A stretch of 64,000 bases of DNA from Octopus vulgaris (taxonomy: Eukaryota). This document shows positions 38,189 to 50,772 of this stretch, piece by piece. Each line of letters starts with the position of its first letter. Within the stretch, counting starts at the first letter, position 1. The DNA lies in assembly GCA_951406725.2 (NCBI GenBank), contig OX597826.1, forward strand, positions 13,578,001 through 13,642,000. The letters are read 5' to 3'. A program made the translations under genes and the position numbers. Under the pieces are notes generated by a model, which was not told where the DNA came from, ran no database searches, and saw only the letters and a program-made list of their open reading frames with translations.

Positions 38189-38243
<55 letters not shown>

Positions 38244-38262
38244 GTATATATATATATGTATG

Positions 38263-38299
<37 letters not shown>

Positions 38300-38302
38300 A
38301 TG

Positions 38303-38337
<35 letters not shown>

Positions 38338-39346
38338 GTATGTATATATACATATATATACATATATATACACACATATATATATATATATATGTATGTA
38401 TATATACATATATATATACATATATATTTATATATATATATATATAAATGTATGTATATATATATATATATACGTCATATGTATATGTATATTTGTTTTA
38501 TTTATCTATTTATCTTTGTAAAATCTTTTTTATTACCAGTTTCATAAAGCTATGGTTTGATGCCAATATGAAAACAAATAAATTACAATTATGCTAATGA
38601 ATTAACTCTAATATCAAATAAAAGTAGGTGGCGTATCCGTGCTAATATAAGCTGAAGCTGCATGTAATACAGGGTAAATTAGTGAAGTCTACATATTTCT
38701 TGAGAGATGCTACCTGACACTATTTTTGTAAGGAATACGATAGTTTTATGACAGTCTTGACACCCGTGCTCTGGAATAGATATCCGAAAACCTAAACCGA
38801 TGGTATGATGCAATGTTATTCATCAAAATTCGTAGGGAACAGAAAACAATCTAGTGGACATAATATTTATTAGTTTCTTTATATATTTAGAGTCATGAGA
38901 ACTTTACTGGAGTAGGATATGCAAGCTCTGCTTAGAATATACCAAAACCTTTTCCTATTACTCCTGACAGTAAAGAAACAATGAGCGGTGACGAAGCCCA
39001 TTCCCAATATATCCAACCAGTGTTGAAAAGCATCGGAGTTATGCAGTTGCTCTAGTCAAGAGGAAATACACAAAACAGAGACGAATATATATTCATCATG
39101 ATTTATATAAATGATTCTTAAAACAGTACAGAAAGTCTCTAAATATTTCAAACTAGTTTTTTAATAGCACATTGGGTCAGACTGCAGATAAACCGTTTCC
39201 AAAATACCAAAGAATCGGTCTGTAATGACCGACATTTAGGCCAAACATTGACTTAAAAATAATATGTAAAGTCAAAGAAAAATTCCAAGTAATCAAGAAA
39301 CACCCAAGAAACTTGTTGTAAAACATGTTTCCTATAATCAAGCTTT

Positions 39347-39645
39347 TGTGGAGGCACATGGCCTAGTGGTTAGAGCAGAGGACTCGCGGTCGAGGGATCG
39401 CGGGTTCGAATCTCAGATCGGTGTGTGTGTGTTTATGAGCGAATCACCTAAGCTCCACGCGGCTCAGGCAGAAGGTAATGGCGAACTTCTGCTGACTCTT
39501 TCGCCACAACTTTCGCCACAACTCTTTCCTCCTGCATCTTGCAGCTCACCTGCGACGGACCGGCGTCCCGTCCAGGTGAGGAACCTATACGCCAATGAAA
39601 CCGGGACACCGGCCCTGATGAGCCAGGCGTGGCTCGAGAAGTAAG
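39347..39645 (+). mobile_element. Third tRNA-derived SINE family (V-domain-like), copy 1
   Basis: tggcctagtggttagagc A box, gggttcgaatc B box, cctgcgacggaccggcgtcccgtccagg domain. Confidence 0.8.
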
Positions 39646-40913
39646 AAAGAAAATAAAGCTTTTGATCTTTGTTGACAACTCTTTAATGTTGGCAAAATGT
39701 AATCTACGAAGTTCCAACGACGAAACTTTTATAAGAATCTGACAGAAAATGTTGATCAATTTCATTCATAATTGTTGCTGGTGTGTCTTGCCTATAAGAT
39801 TATGGCTCTGAAAATAAAATTCACCAACATTATTTCATAGAAAAGCATAAAATATTCAGTTAAATATAAATCTGCAGAGCTAGTCTTTTTATTTTCGATG
39901 AATTCTTCATCAAGCGTGTGTAAATTGTGGTTAATTTAGTTAATCTGTCTTTGTTTGCTAAAAGGAGTTTTGAAGAGCTGTGAAAAACGTTCATTGGTTT
40001 GTGCACCATGAAAATCTTGTCAGTTGAAAAGTTGAATCTTTAGCAGTAAAAGTAAATAAATAAATAAATAAACAATCCAGTGGTAGCAGACACTTAATGT
40101 CCTCCAGATAACGTTCTGTATACTTTTTTATTCTGTTCTCTCTGTCAAAATTAATCTGAAAGAAAGTGTGGTGATTGTGGTGTTATGGGCTGTGATGACC
40201 TATGCGGTGTTGGTGGAGAGGATTGCAGATGAGGTAAACGGAAGTGAAGACTGTAGGGGCCGGCGGAAGAGCCACGGGGGCAAGTGTGGGCAAAAAGAAC
40301 GTGCGGGCAGTTCGATGAGAAACGGCAGCGTGCAAGGACGTGTTTTTACTTCACAGTGATTGCCTAGGTCAACAGGTAAGGTCTCCGTATTTCTTTCTCC
40401 CTTTTGCTTCTTTTTCTGTTGTCTTTCTCCTCCATCACGCGACAGAAAGGCAATGATATTCCAACTGCCGTATATCTTGATTTCAAATTTTGGCACAAGA
40501 CCAGCAAGTTTGGATGAGGGGGCTAAGTCAATTAGATCGACCCCAGTGCTCGACTGGTTCTCCTTTTATCGACTCCGAAAGGATGAACGTGACATTTGCA
40601 CTCGGAACACAAAGACAGACGAAATGCTGCTAAGTATTTTGCCCGGCATGCTAACGATTTTACCAGCTCAATTCATGTCATTATGGTATCTTCTATAATT
40701 CCAGCTTTTTGAGTCAGGGGTTGTGAGGCAATGCTTATGCCACTGTGCAGAACCTTCAAGACTGGTTGGAGAGAGGGAAAGGTAGAGGGCTGTTTCCTCA
40801 AACTGAAGACCTAGCTTGAATACTTGTAACAGAATAGATTCCGCCAAATGCTCCCAAGGTTCCAAGGAGTGGTGTTAAACTGGACGTCAGATTAAGCCTA
40901 CCCACCCCACAAG

Positions 40914-41218
40914 TGTGGAGGCACATAGTCTAGTGGTTAGAGCAGCGGACTCGCGGTTGAGGGATCGCGGGTTCGAATCTCAGACCGGGTGATGTGTGTG
41001 TTTATGAGCGAAACACCTAAGCTCCACGCGGCTCCAGCAGAAGGTAATGGCGAACTTCTGCTGACTCTTTCGCCACAACTTTCTTTCACTCTTTCCTCCT
41101 GCATCTTGCAGCTCACCTGCGACGGACCGGCGTCCCGTCCAGGTGGGGAACCTATACGCCAAGGAAACCGGGTAACCGGCCCTGATGAGCCAGGCATGGC
41201 TCGAGAATGAACAAACAA
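40914..41218 (+). mobile_element. Third tRNA-derived SINE family, copy 2
   Basis: Highly similar to 39347-39645. TSD-like ccccacaagt on both sides. Confidence 0.85.
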
Positions 41219-41599
41219 AACCCCACAAGTAGGCCATATCGGGATTTGAATTCAGAATGTAAGGATCCAGAACGAATACTGCAAGGCATCTGGCCTAACA
41301 GTTTTCCAGTGTCGCAGGTTTGCCTCGGATTTTCGGATAGGTGCTTTTTTATTGGCTCCGAAAATTCAGAAAGGCAAATTTGACCTTAGTAAGATTTGAA
41401 CTCAGAATGCAGTGAGTAGGAACAAATGTCGCGAGACATTTTATCAAGCACTTTAACAACTCTATCAAATGGCCGCCCAAACTGACAGAAATGCTGGAAT
41501 AAAGAATATCAAGTGGAAGAGTTTACGTTCAAAAGCACAGTTTATAAAACCGACGTAACTCTTATAAAGTTCGGAATAAGAAATAACACATTAGAACGA

Positions 41600-42090
41600 A
41601 TAAACGGGGTGACGCACTATAAAGTAGCCGGGCTTCTTAAGCATGGTGTAAATACAGAAATAAGTTTAGTAGTTTGTTTTTCTCATCCACTTTTAATTGC
41701 TGTACACATGTGAAATGATATGCCTTCAACTTTTGATTTTTCAACACCCACTGGCACGACCTCCTGCTTATGTGAGACGGCTGCGTCAATTTACATGATG
41801 ACTTATTTGGATTTTTAACAGTCCTTTGGCGAATCTCCTGAATAATCTCCAGCGTTCGAACTGTTGTGTCTTTCTGTTTGGGATGCTGTGTATTGACCCC
41901 GTAGCGTGTCACTCCTTAACCAACATTTATATCGTTCTCTTTATCGGTAAGGCTTTAGCTAGAAAATTCACTTCAAAAATTCCAAGCGTTTGTTTAACAG
42001 AATCCGTTCTTGCACATGCTTCCACAATCTTCACTCTCTCTGCTGTTGAGTAAGTCATCTTGCAGATAAGACTAGAGATGTTCATTCAAT
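41600..42090 (-). mobile_element. Tc1/mariner-superfamily relic (HTH N-terminus, internally deleted)
   Basis: ATG 42058 MTYSTAERVKIVEAC...ATGSI; TVRTLEIIQEIRQ...NPNKSSCKL...LKAYH. Confidence 0.55.
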
Positions 42091-42398
42091 GCGATATTAC
42101 AATCAACTAATGAGGCGAGGATGCGGTGAAGATAACGTAGCAAACAGTCGACTCGTGCGCCACCTTTGTTCAGCAGTAACAAACGGTCGCACTAACACAA
42201 CGACACTTGCAAACGAAACGCTGTGTACTTTACTTTTTCGTGTGCATAAATTTGTTTCTGCATTTACACAGTGCTATAGAATCCAGACTACCTTTTCGCA
42301 CTTAACTGTCTGGCACACCCAAACACCACAGACACAACTTACTTTTCCAATATCCCACATTTTTTATGCTTATTGAATCACAAGATATACATAACGAA

Positions 42399-42995
42399 GG
42401 CGGCGAGTTGGCAGAATCGTTAGCATGCCGAGCGAAATGCTTAGTGGTATTTCGTCTGTCGTTACGTTCTGAGTTCAAATTCCGCCGAGGTCGACTTTGC
42501 CTTTCATCCTTTCGGCGTCGATAAATTAAGTACCAGTTACACACTCGGGTCGATGTAATCGACTTAATCCCTTTGTTTGTCCTTGTTTGTCCTCTCTGTG
42601 ATTAGCCCCTTGTGGGTAGTAAAGAAACAGGTATTTCGTCTGCCGCTACGTTCTGAGTTCAAATTCCGCCGAGGTTGACTTTGCCTTTCATCCTTTCGAG
42701 GTCGATAAATTAAGTACCTGTTACACACTGGGGTCGATATAATCGACTTAATCCCTTTGTCTGTCCTTGTTTGTTCTCTCTGTGTTTAGCCTCTTCTGGG
42801 TAGTAAAGAAATAGGTATTTCGTCTGGCGTTATGTTCTGAGTTCAAATTCCGCCGAGGTTGACTTTGCCTTTCATCCTTTCGGGGTCAATAAATTAAGTA
42901 CCAGTTACGCACTGGGGTCGATGTAATCGACTTAATCCCCTTCTCTGTCCTTGTTTGTCCCCTCTCTGTTTATTGTGGGCAATAAAGAAATAAGA
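42399..42995 (+). mobile_element. Same SINE, 3-unit array
   Basis: Junctions at 42630 and 42814. Confidence 0.9.
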
Positions 42996-43699
42996 AATAC
43001 ATAATTGATGAACCTCCTATCCTGACCAAGTGCAAGAGAGCTAATGCCAGTAACTGTTCAACTTAATCCTAGAGATAAACACAGGGCCATTGGTGACATT
43101 TGTAGATGAATCATATGCACTGTCATGTTATTTTCATCTAAACCTGGATTGAGTTCTCTTAGCTTCTATAAGTCAGGCGTTTGTAAGAATTTGGAATTGA
43201 CACTGCAACAGCGATCGCTGGTACATAGAGACTAGGTCGTGAAAGTTGATATCTTTAACTTTGACCGGCTCCGAACCATTGACCCTTCAACTTGTAGTCT
43301 GACACACTATCTTGTGGTGTAATATCTGTATACGTGCTGAAATGTGAAATCTCTATTGGAATTGGCATTTTCGCTCAATGAAATATGACTAAAGAAATGT
43401 CACCTTTGATCTGATTAGAAATTTCTTTTTCGACATCTCTTAATCCGTCGGCATGGAGCTATTATGCAACACAATAATATTAAATATCAATCTTGGTTCT
43501 TAGAAAGGCATGTTAAGAGAAGAAGAATCAAAGTCGACAGAGTCAATTAATAACAACCACAACAACGATAACAACAGCAACAACTAAAACGGCAACTAAC
43601 ATAACAACAACTACAACAACAACGTTTGAACAGATGTTGCAAGTCTTAAAGCTAACAAGAAAGTGAAATAAACAAACTTTTAAATATACACACATGCGT

Positions 43700-44191
43700 A
43701 TATACATGCATACACATATATATGCAAATGTATATACACACACACATACATACATACATACATACATACGTACGTACGTACGTATACACACAACATACAT
43801 ACATAAATACATATATACATACATGCATATATACATACATAAATACATACATACATAAATACATATATACATACATACGTACGTACATACATACATACAT
43901 ACATACATACATTAATACGTACATACATACATAAATACATATATACATACATACATACATACATACATACATGCATACTTAAATACATACATACATATAT
44001 ACATACATACATACATACATACATACATACATACATACATACATACATACATACATACATACATACATACATACATACATACATACATACATACATACAT
44101 ACATACATTAATACGTACATACATACATAAATACATATATACATACATACATACATACATACATGCATACTTAAATACATACATACATATA

Positions 44192-44225
<34 letters not shown>

Positions 44226-44495
44226 CATACATACATACATACATACATACATACATACATACATACATACATACATAAATACATACATATATACATATAT
44301 ACATACATACGTACGTACATACATACATACATACATACATTAATACGTACATACATACATAAATACATATATACATACATACATACATACATACATGCAT
44401 ACTTAAATACATACATACATACATACATACATACATACATACATACATACATACATACATACATACATACAGTTGTGTATGCATGTATGCATGCA
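43700..44495. repeat. (TACA)n array with higher-order structure
   Basis: attaatacgtacatac...atgcatacttaaatac block recurs at ~43911, ~44107, ~44339. Confidence 0.85.
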
Positions 44496-44687
44496 TTGAG
44501 AGGCATTTCAGCTTAGGGGTATCAGTTCTGATATGAATACTTAACGTATTTAGATATCTTATCAAAGAGGATAAAGAAGAGGGCGGGCCGGGGAGGGGGC
44601 GGGGTGGCTAAGGGAATTTGAATCGTTTAGATATATATATTGATGTCCTTATTATCGTTGGCAGCTGCAGGGCAATGATTACGGCGG

Positions 44688-44742
<55 letters not shown>

Positions 44743-44793
44743 AATGACGACGTCGACGACGACGATGCTGATGGTGATGATGATGACGATGAC

Positions 44794-44834
<41 letters not shown>

Positions 44835-44879
44835 CGACGACGACGACGGCGATGGTGATGATGATGATGATGATGGTAG

Positions 44880-44912
<33 letters not shown>

Positions 44913-44936
44913 GGATGATGATGATGATGATGGTAG

Positions 44937-45010
<74 letters not shown>

Positions 45011-45014
45011 GTAG

Positions 45015-45046
<32 letters not shown>

Positions 45047-45081
45047 GTAGTGATGATGATGATGATGATGATGATGATGAC

Positions 45082-45118
<37 letters not shown>

Positions 45119-45213
45119 GTTGTGATGATGATGATGATGAGGATGAGGATGAGGATGAGTATGAGGATGATGATGATGATGATGGTAGTGATGATGATGA
45201 CGACGATGATGAT
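44688..45213. repeat. (GAT)n array
   Basis: Direct inspection. Recurrent GGTAGT interruptions. Confidence 0.95.
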
Positions 45214-45919
45214 AGGCATACACAAACATATATGCGCATATGTGTATGTTACATGCGTGCATGCAGTAGTGGGGTATGGGGCGCGGATGCGTGTTTGTCT
45301 ACATGGTGCGCGTGCGCATGTGCATTAACATAACAAGAGTTATAGGGAGCTTTCAGAAGTAGGACGTTTTTCTACATGTAAACACAGGTGCAAGCTTGGT
45401 CCAGGAAAATATATATAAACATGTATGTATGTATGTATGTATGTATCTGTTTGTGTGTATCTATGTGTATATACATAGATCTAATACACACACACATACA
45501 TACATATATATATATATATACTGTTTTTCTTGTTTCAGTCATTTGACTGTGGTCATGCTGGAGCACCGCCTTTAGTCGAACAAATCGACCCAGGCCTTAT
45601 TTTTTTTGTAAGCCTAGTACTTATTCTGTCGGTCTCTTTGGCCGAACTGCTCGTATACGGGGAGGTAAACACACCAGCATCGGTTGTCAAGCAATGATAG
45701 GGGGACAAAAACAGACACACAAGCACACAACACACATACATACACACCCACACACACACACGCATACGACAGCTTCATTCAGATTCTGTGTACCAAGTCC
45801 ATTCATAAGGCTTTGGTCGGTCCGAGGCAATAGTAGAGGTCATTTGCCCAATGTGCCACGCAATGGGAAGGGAACCATGTGCTTAGAAAGCAAGCTTCTT
45901 ACCACACAGCCACTCCTGC

Positions 45920-45987
<68 letters not shown>

Positions 45988-46513
45988 ATATGCATGTATA
46001 TATACACATGTATGTGTGTATGACTGGAGATAGGGGGTGAGCTAGATATATATATGTGTGTGTGTGAGTGTATACAAACACACATACATATATAGAAACA
46101 TATACATCGCTCTCGCTCACTTCCCCTCACAAGTCATACACACATACATCGGTAAATACACATGTATAAGCATGCATATGTATATACACACACATATACA
46201 CATATATATATATATATATACATAGGGGATCTAATGCGCTTGGCTTAGATTTCCCTTGGCGGGCTGCCCATATCGGAGCAATCTCAAGATTAATCAGCCG
46301 AAATTGCTAAGATGATCTGGTTCTTGACTGATGACTGAGGGCTTCGAATGTCCCGTCCTGTGGTTCTTGTGTCGTCTCTGTGGTGTTTCATGTTCTTGTC
46401 CATGTCTGTAATTATTTTTACTGTTTACCTATATATATATATACATATATATATATACATACACAAATATACATACATATACATACGTATATATATATAT
46501 ATATATATGTTTG

Positions 46514-46579
<66 letters not shown>

Positions 46580-47099
46580 CACACAAACATACATACAGAG
46601 GCACAAACGCACACGCGCGCGTGCACACCCAAACACACGCACACACATACACATACTCATCCATTTCCACGTGTCACTACTTCCCTATGTTGAAACTTCT
46701 TTGTAACATGTAGAACTGTTTAAAGTAGAAAAAAATAACACAAGGAAAATGCGTAGAGCGAGGGAGAGAGAGAGAGGGAGAGAGAGGTGGGGAAAGAAGA
46801 AATGAAAAACTCAAACAATCCAAAACATTATAAGGAATATAAAGTGTAGACAGTAGGAAAATGTACTTAGATAAGAAGTTCCTACAAAACGTGTTTCTTT
46901 GAGACAAAATAGAGACATACACAATTTTCGTTTTTAATCCTCTTTCCTTTCTCTCATTCTGTGACAACCCCGACTCTACTGCTTTGAATGTGTCCCTTGT
47001 TATGTCTCTCATCCGTTGCCACCATGAAAAATTAAAAAAAACATCATAATCAGCAGCAGCAGCAACAGCAGTAGCACTTTATTATTATCATCATTTGAA

Positions 47100-47820
47100 G
47101 TTGGCGTGCTGCCAGAAACGTTACGTTCTGAGTTCAAATTCCGCCGAGGTTGACTTTGCCTTTCATCCTTTCGAGGTCGATAAATTAAGTACCAGTTACG
47201 CACTGGGGTCAATATATTCGACTTAATCCCTCTGTCCTTGTTTATCCTCTCTGTGTTTAGCCCCTTGCGGGTAGTAAAGAAATAGGTATTTCGTCCGTCT
47301 TTACGTTCTGAGTTCAAATTCCGCCGAGGTCGACTTTGCCTTTCATCCTTTCGGGGTCGATAAATTAAGTACCAGTTACGCACTGGGGCCAATATAATCG
47401 ACTTAATCCCTCTGTCCTTGTTTGTCCTCTCTGTGTTTAGCCCCTTGCGGGTAGTAAAGAAATAGGTATTTCGTCCGTCTTTACATTCTGAGTTCAAATT
47501 CCGCCGAGGTCGACTTTGCCTTTCATCCTTTCGGGGTCGATAAATTAAGTACCAGTTACGCACTGGGGTCAATATAATCGACTTAATCCCTCTGTCCTTG
47601 TTTGTCCTCTCTGTGTTTAGCCCCTTGTGGGTAGTAAAGAAATAGGTATTTCGTCTGCCGCTACGTTCTGAGTTCAAATTCCGCCGAGGTCGAATTTGCC
47701 TTTCATCCTTTCGGGGATCGATAAATTAAGTACCAGTTGCGTACCAGTCAATCTAATCGACTGGCCCCCTCCCCCAAAATTTCAGGCCTTGTGCCTATAG
47801 TAGATAGGATTATTATTATT
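47100..47820 (+). mobile_element. Same SINE, 4-unit array (180-bp period), last unit with alternative tail
   Basis: Junctions at 47285, 47465, 47645. Followed by further SINE copies 47830-48170. Confidence 0.9.
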
Positions 47821-48279
47821 GTCGTATAAGACGGCGAGCTGGCAGAATGCTTAGCGGTATTCGCCCGTCGCTACGTTCTGGTTTCAAATTCTGCCATGAT
47901 CGACTTTGCCTCTCATCCTTTCGAGGTCGATAAAATAAGTATCAGTTAAAAACTAGGGTCGATGTAATCGACTCACCCCCCCCCCAAATTACTGCCCTTG
48001 TGGCAAAATTTGAAACCGTTATTATTGTTATCATTTTAAAGTTTGATGGCTTGGGCAGAATCGTTACGGCGTCGGAAAACTGCCTTGCTACTTGTGCTCT
48101 GACCCTTCCACATTCTGAATTCAAGTCCTGCAGAGGTCAACTTTGCACTTCGTCCTTTCCGGGTCGGTTGTATCAGTCAGGTATGGTGTCGTTGGTGACG
48201 ACTAATACCCTACTTACAATATTGCTGAACTTGTACCTAACTCATCGTCATCGTCATCATCCTCCTCCGCGGCTCTCGG

Positions 48280-50470
48280 TAGTAAGTGCAAGGTTCAGCG
48301 AAAAGCCGATAACGGCCACTGAAATACGAGAAGTGATTGCACAAGTCGCAAATTGCCAGGCTTAGATAGTCTGCCCTATGAATTTTATGTATTCGTGCCC
48401 GATTTGTCTGGCGACGTTATGTCGAACAGTTACTGACGTTAGTTGGGAAGTGGTGACACTGCTGAAGAAGGACGCCAACAGTGGGGACATACTAGGGATT
48501 TTTCGGCCCACAATTCTACTAAACACTAAGTTTAAGATTTTGGTCAAGGTGTTGGCGAAAAGGTTGGTGATTGTCGTTGGTTATCTTGTAGGAGAAGTAC
48601 AAACATGCACAATCCCAAACAGGTCTATCCACGACAACCTCCACCTTATGCGATACATCATAGAGAGGGCTGGAACTAAAGCTGGCTTCGGTGGGGCCCT
48701 GATCCATTTGGATCAATCAAATGCATTCGATAGAGTCGAGCATCGCTACCTGGAAGCTGTCCTTAAAGCGGACAGTTTCGAACCCTTTTTCAGAGGGTGG
48801 ATCGCTGTATTGCACAGCGGAACCTTCTCGGTGGTCAAAGTAAATGGCCATCTATCAGAACCGCTTAGCATCGTACACTCGGTCCGTCAGCGCTGCCTAA
48901 TGTCACCACTTCTGTACGTGCTGGCTCTCGAGCCGAGAAGTAGGCGAGCTTGCGACTGGGCACCTGGAGAGGCTGTCAGGTGGCCCCGTCGGACGCTAGA
49001 CTGCCGGACTAGTTAAATTGCTCGGGTTCTGGTTTGGTCTCGACCACCCGGTCGATAAGAACTGGGACAAGGTGACGAACAGGATGGTCAATCTTATCCA
49101 GAAATGGGTTGAGAGGAAGCTGTCCTTGAAAGGTCGGGCAGAGGTGGCGAATACCTACAACACCTCCGTCATCATTTATCATCTGACGGTTGTGCCTTTC
49201 CCCAGTTACTGCTTGATCAAGTTGGAGTGTCTCTTGTTCATGTTCTTGTAGAAGGGGCGCGTTTCAATGGTCAGGCAGTCAATCTACTGTCAGCTCCCTC
49301 TGAGTGGCGGCTTAGGCATGCCGTGGCTTTTGATGGGCAGATATGCGCTCAGATTGCGCCATCTGCAACGATTTCTAGAAGATGAACGTGTGTGGGCTCC
49401 GTTTGTGAGGCACATGTGTCCGCAACTCGTCTCTTTAACGGAGCTGCAGTCCTGGGTGAAGGGTAAACCAAGAGTGGGCGCCTGGCACCTAGAATGTCGT
49501 CAGACGCTCACTGTCCTCTACCAGTCGGGCAGTAGGATCGGTGGATGTTCCACTTTAGCAATCTATAGACGATTAGTGACGGGAAAGTGCGACGACGTCC
49601 TAAGGGAAACTGGGCGTTGATGAAGATGAACTGACTAGTATGTTTCGGAGGACTTTTCGGTCGGGGACTATTATGGATAATTTCCAGGTGTCTTTGGCTT
49701 GGCGGTACTACCGGGGTGGGGGTGGGGCACCACCGGTTAGTGGTAAACTCTACAGTCACAGATGTGCTGGCAGACGGGCTTGACCGAGGTGCACGCAGAG
49801 CAACGAAACCGTTCTGCATGCACTCATTCAGTTTCCGGTAATTGTTGACTTATGGAGTTATGCCGAACAGCTGCTGTCGCGTGTGGAACGGATCCGTCAG
49901 TCGTCCGCCCCATAGTGATGATTGTCCTGCTGTCCTCCTTTAATCGGGCAGACAAGGCAGTTTTCCTTTACCTGGTTGCTGTGGCGAAAGAGGTTGTCTG
50001 GTGGACGAGGCTGAAAGGAACGGGGACAGTGACGTTCCTCTTTAGTAAAGGCCTCATCGACTTTTTAAGTTTCACTTGAAAACCAAAGTGAGGGTGGAGA
50101 GGCGAGTGTTGACCTCGAGTGAATTTATGAAAAGGAGTGTGAAAGTTGCGAAAATGGCAAGAGTGGATGGTGCCACTCTCAATGTAGAGCTGTGAGTCGG
50201 AGGAAAGGAGTTGGAAAAGGTATCCGTCCGAGGTATTCAGGGTCGTCTTGGATGGTGGGGATATCCCTAGGGGTCCTCCTCTGTCAGAAGGACCTCTATC
50301 ACAATTTTCTTTTACATATTGCTGCACACTATATATACCTCTCTTCTTTTAATGTAAACTGTATATACCATTTTTTTTCTTGTCATTCCATTATGTATAA
50401 GCCCCCAATTTTTATGTCTATCTTTGTATTGTCCCTTTATTCTTCGCCTTGGTGGTAAATAAAAGAAATT
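48280..50470 (+). mobile_element. 5'-truncated, decayed L1/Tx1-type LINE (RT pseudogene)
   Basis: FRPTILLNTKFKILVKVLAKRL, LDQSNAFDRVEH, SVRQRCLMSPLLY, LSLKGRAEVAN, GGLGMP across broken ORFs. YADD region appears deleted. Ends aataaaagaaa(tta)n. Confidence 0.85.
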
Positions 50471-50690
50471 ATTATTATTATTGTTCCTGTTGTTCAAATT
50501 TCGCCGAGGCCGACTTTGTCTTTCCTCCTTTCGGGGTCGATAAATTAAGTACTAGAAAAACACTGGAATCGATGTAATCGACTAGTCCTCTCCCATCAAA
50601 TTTAAGGCCTTGTGCTTTTAGAAGAAAGGATTATTATTATTATTAATATTAATATTAATATTAATATTAATATTATTATTATTATTATCG

Positions 50691-50772
<82 letters not shown>

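Noticed and set aside
39615-39642. CTGATGAG-hairpin at SINE 3' end (also 41182-41208) as a hammerhead
   Set aside because: No GAAA box or stems I/III. The GAGCCA/TGGCTC hairpin is better explained as a LINE-type 3' stem-loop.
44608-45328. Poly-Met/His/Ile/Ser ORFs
   Set aside because: Translations of a (GAT)n microsatellite.
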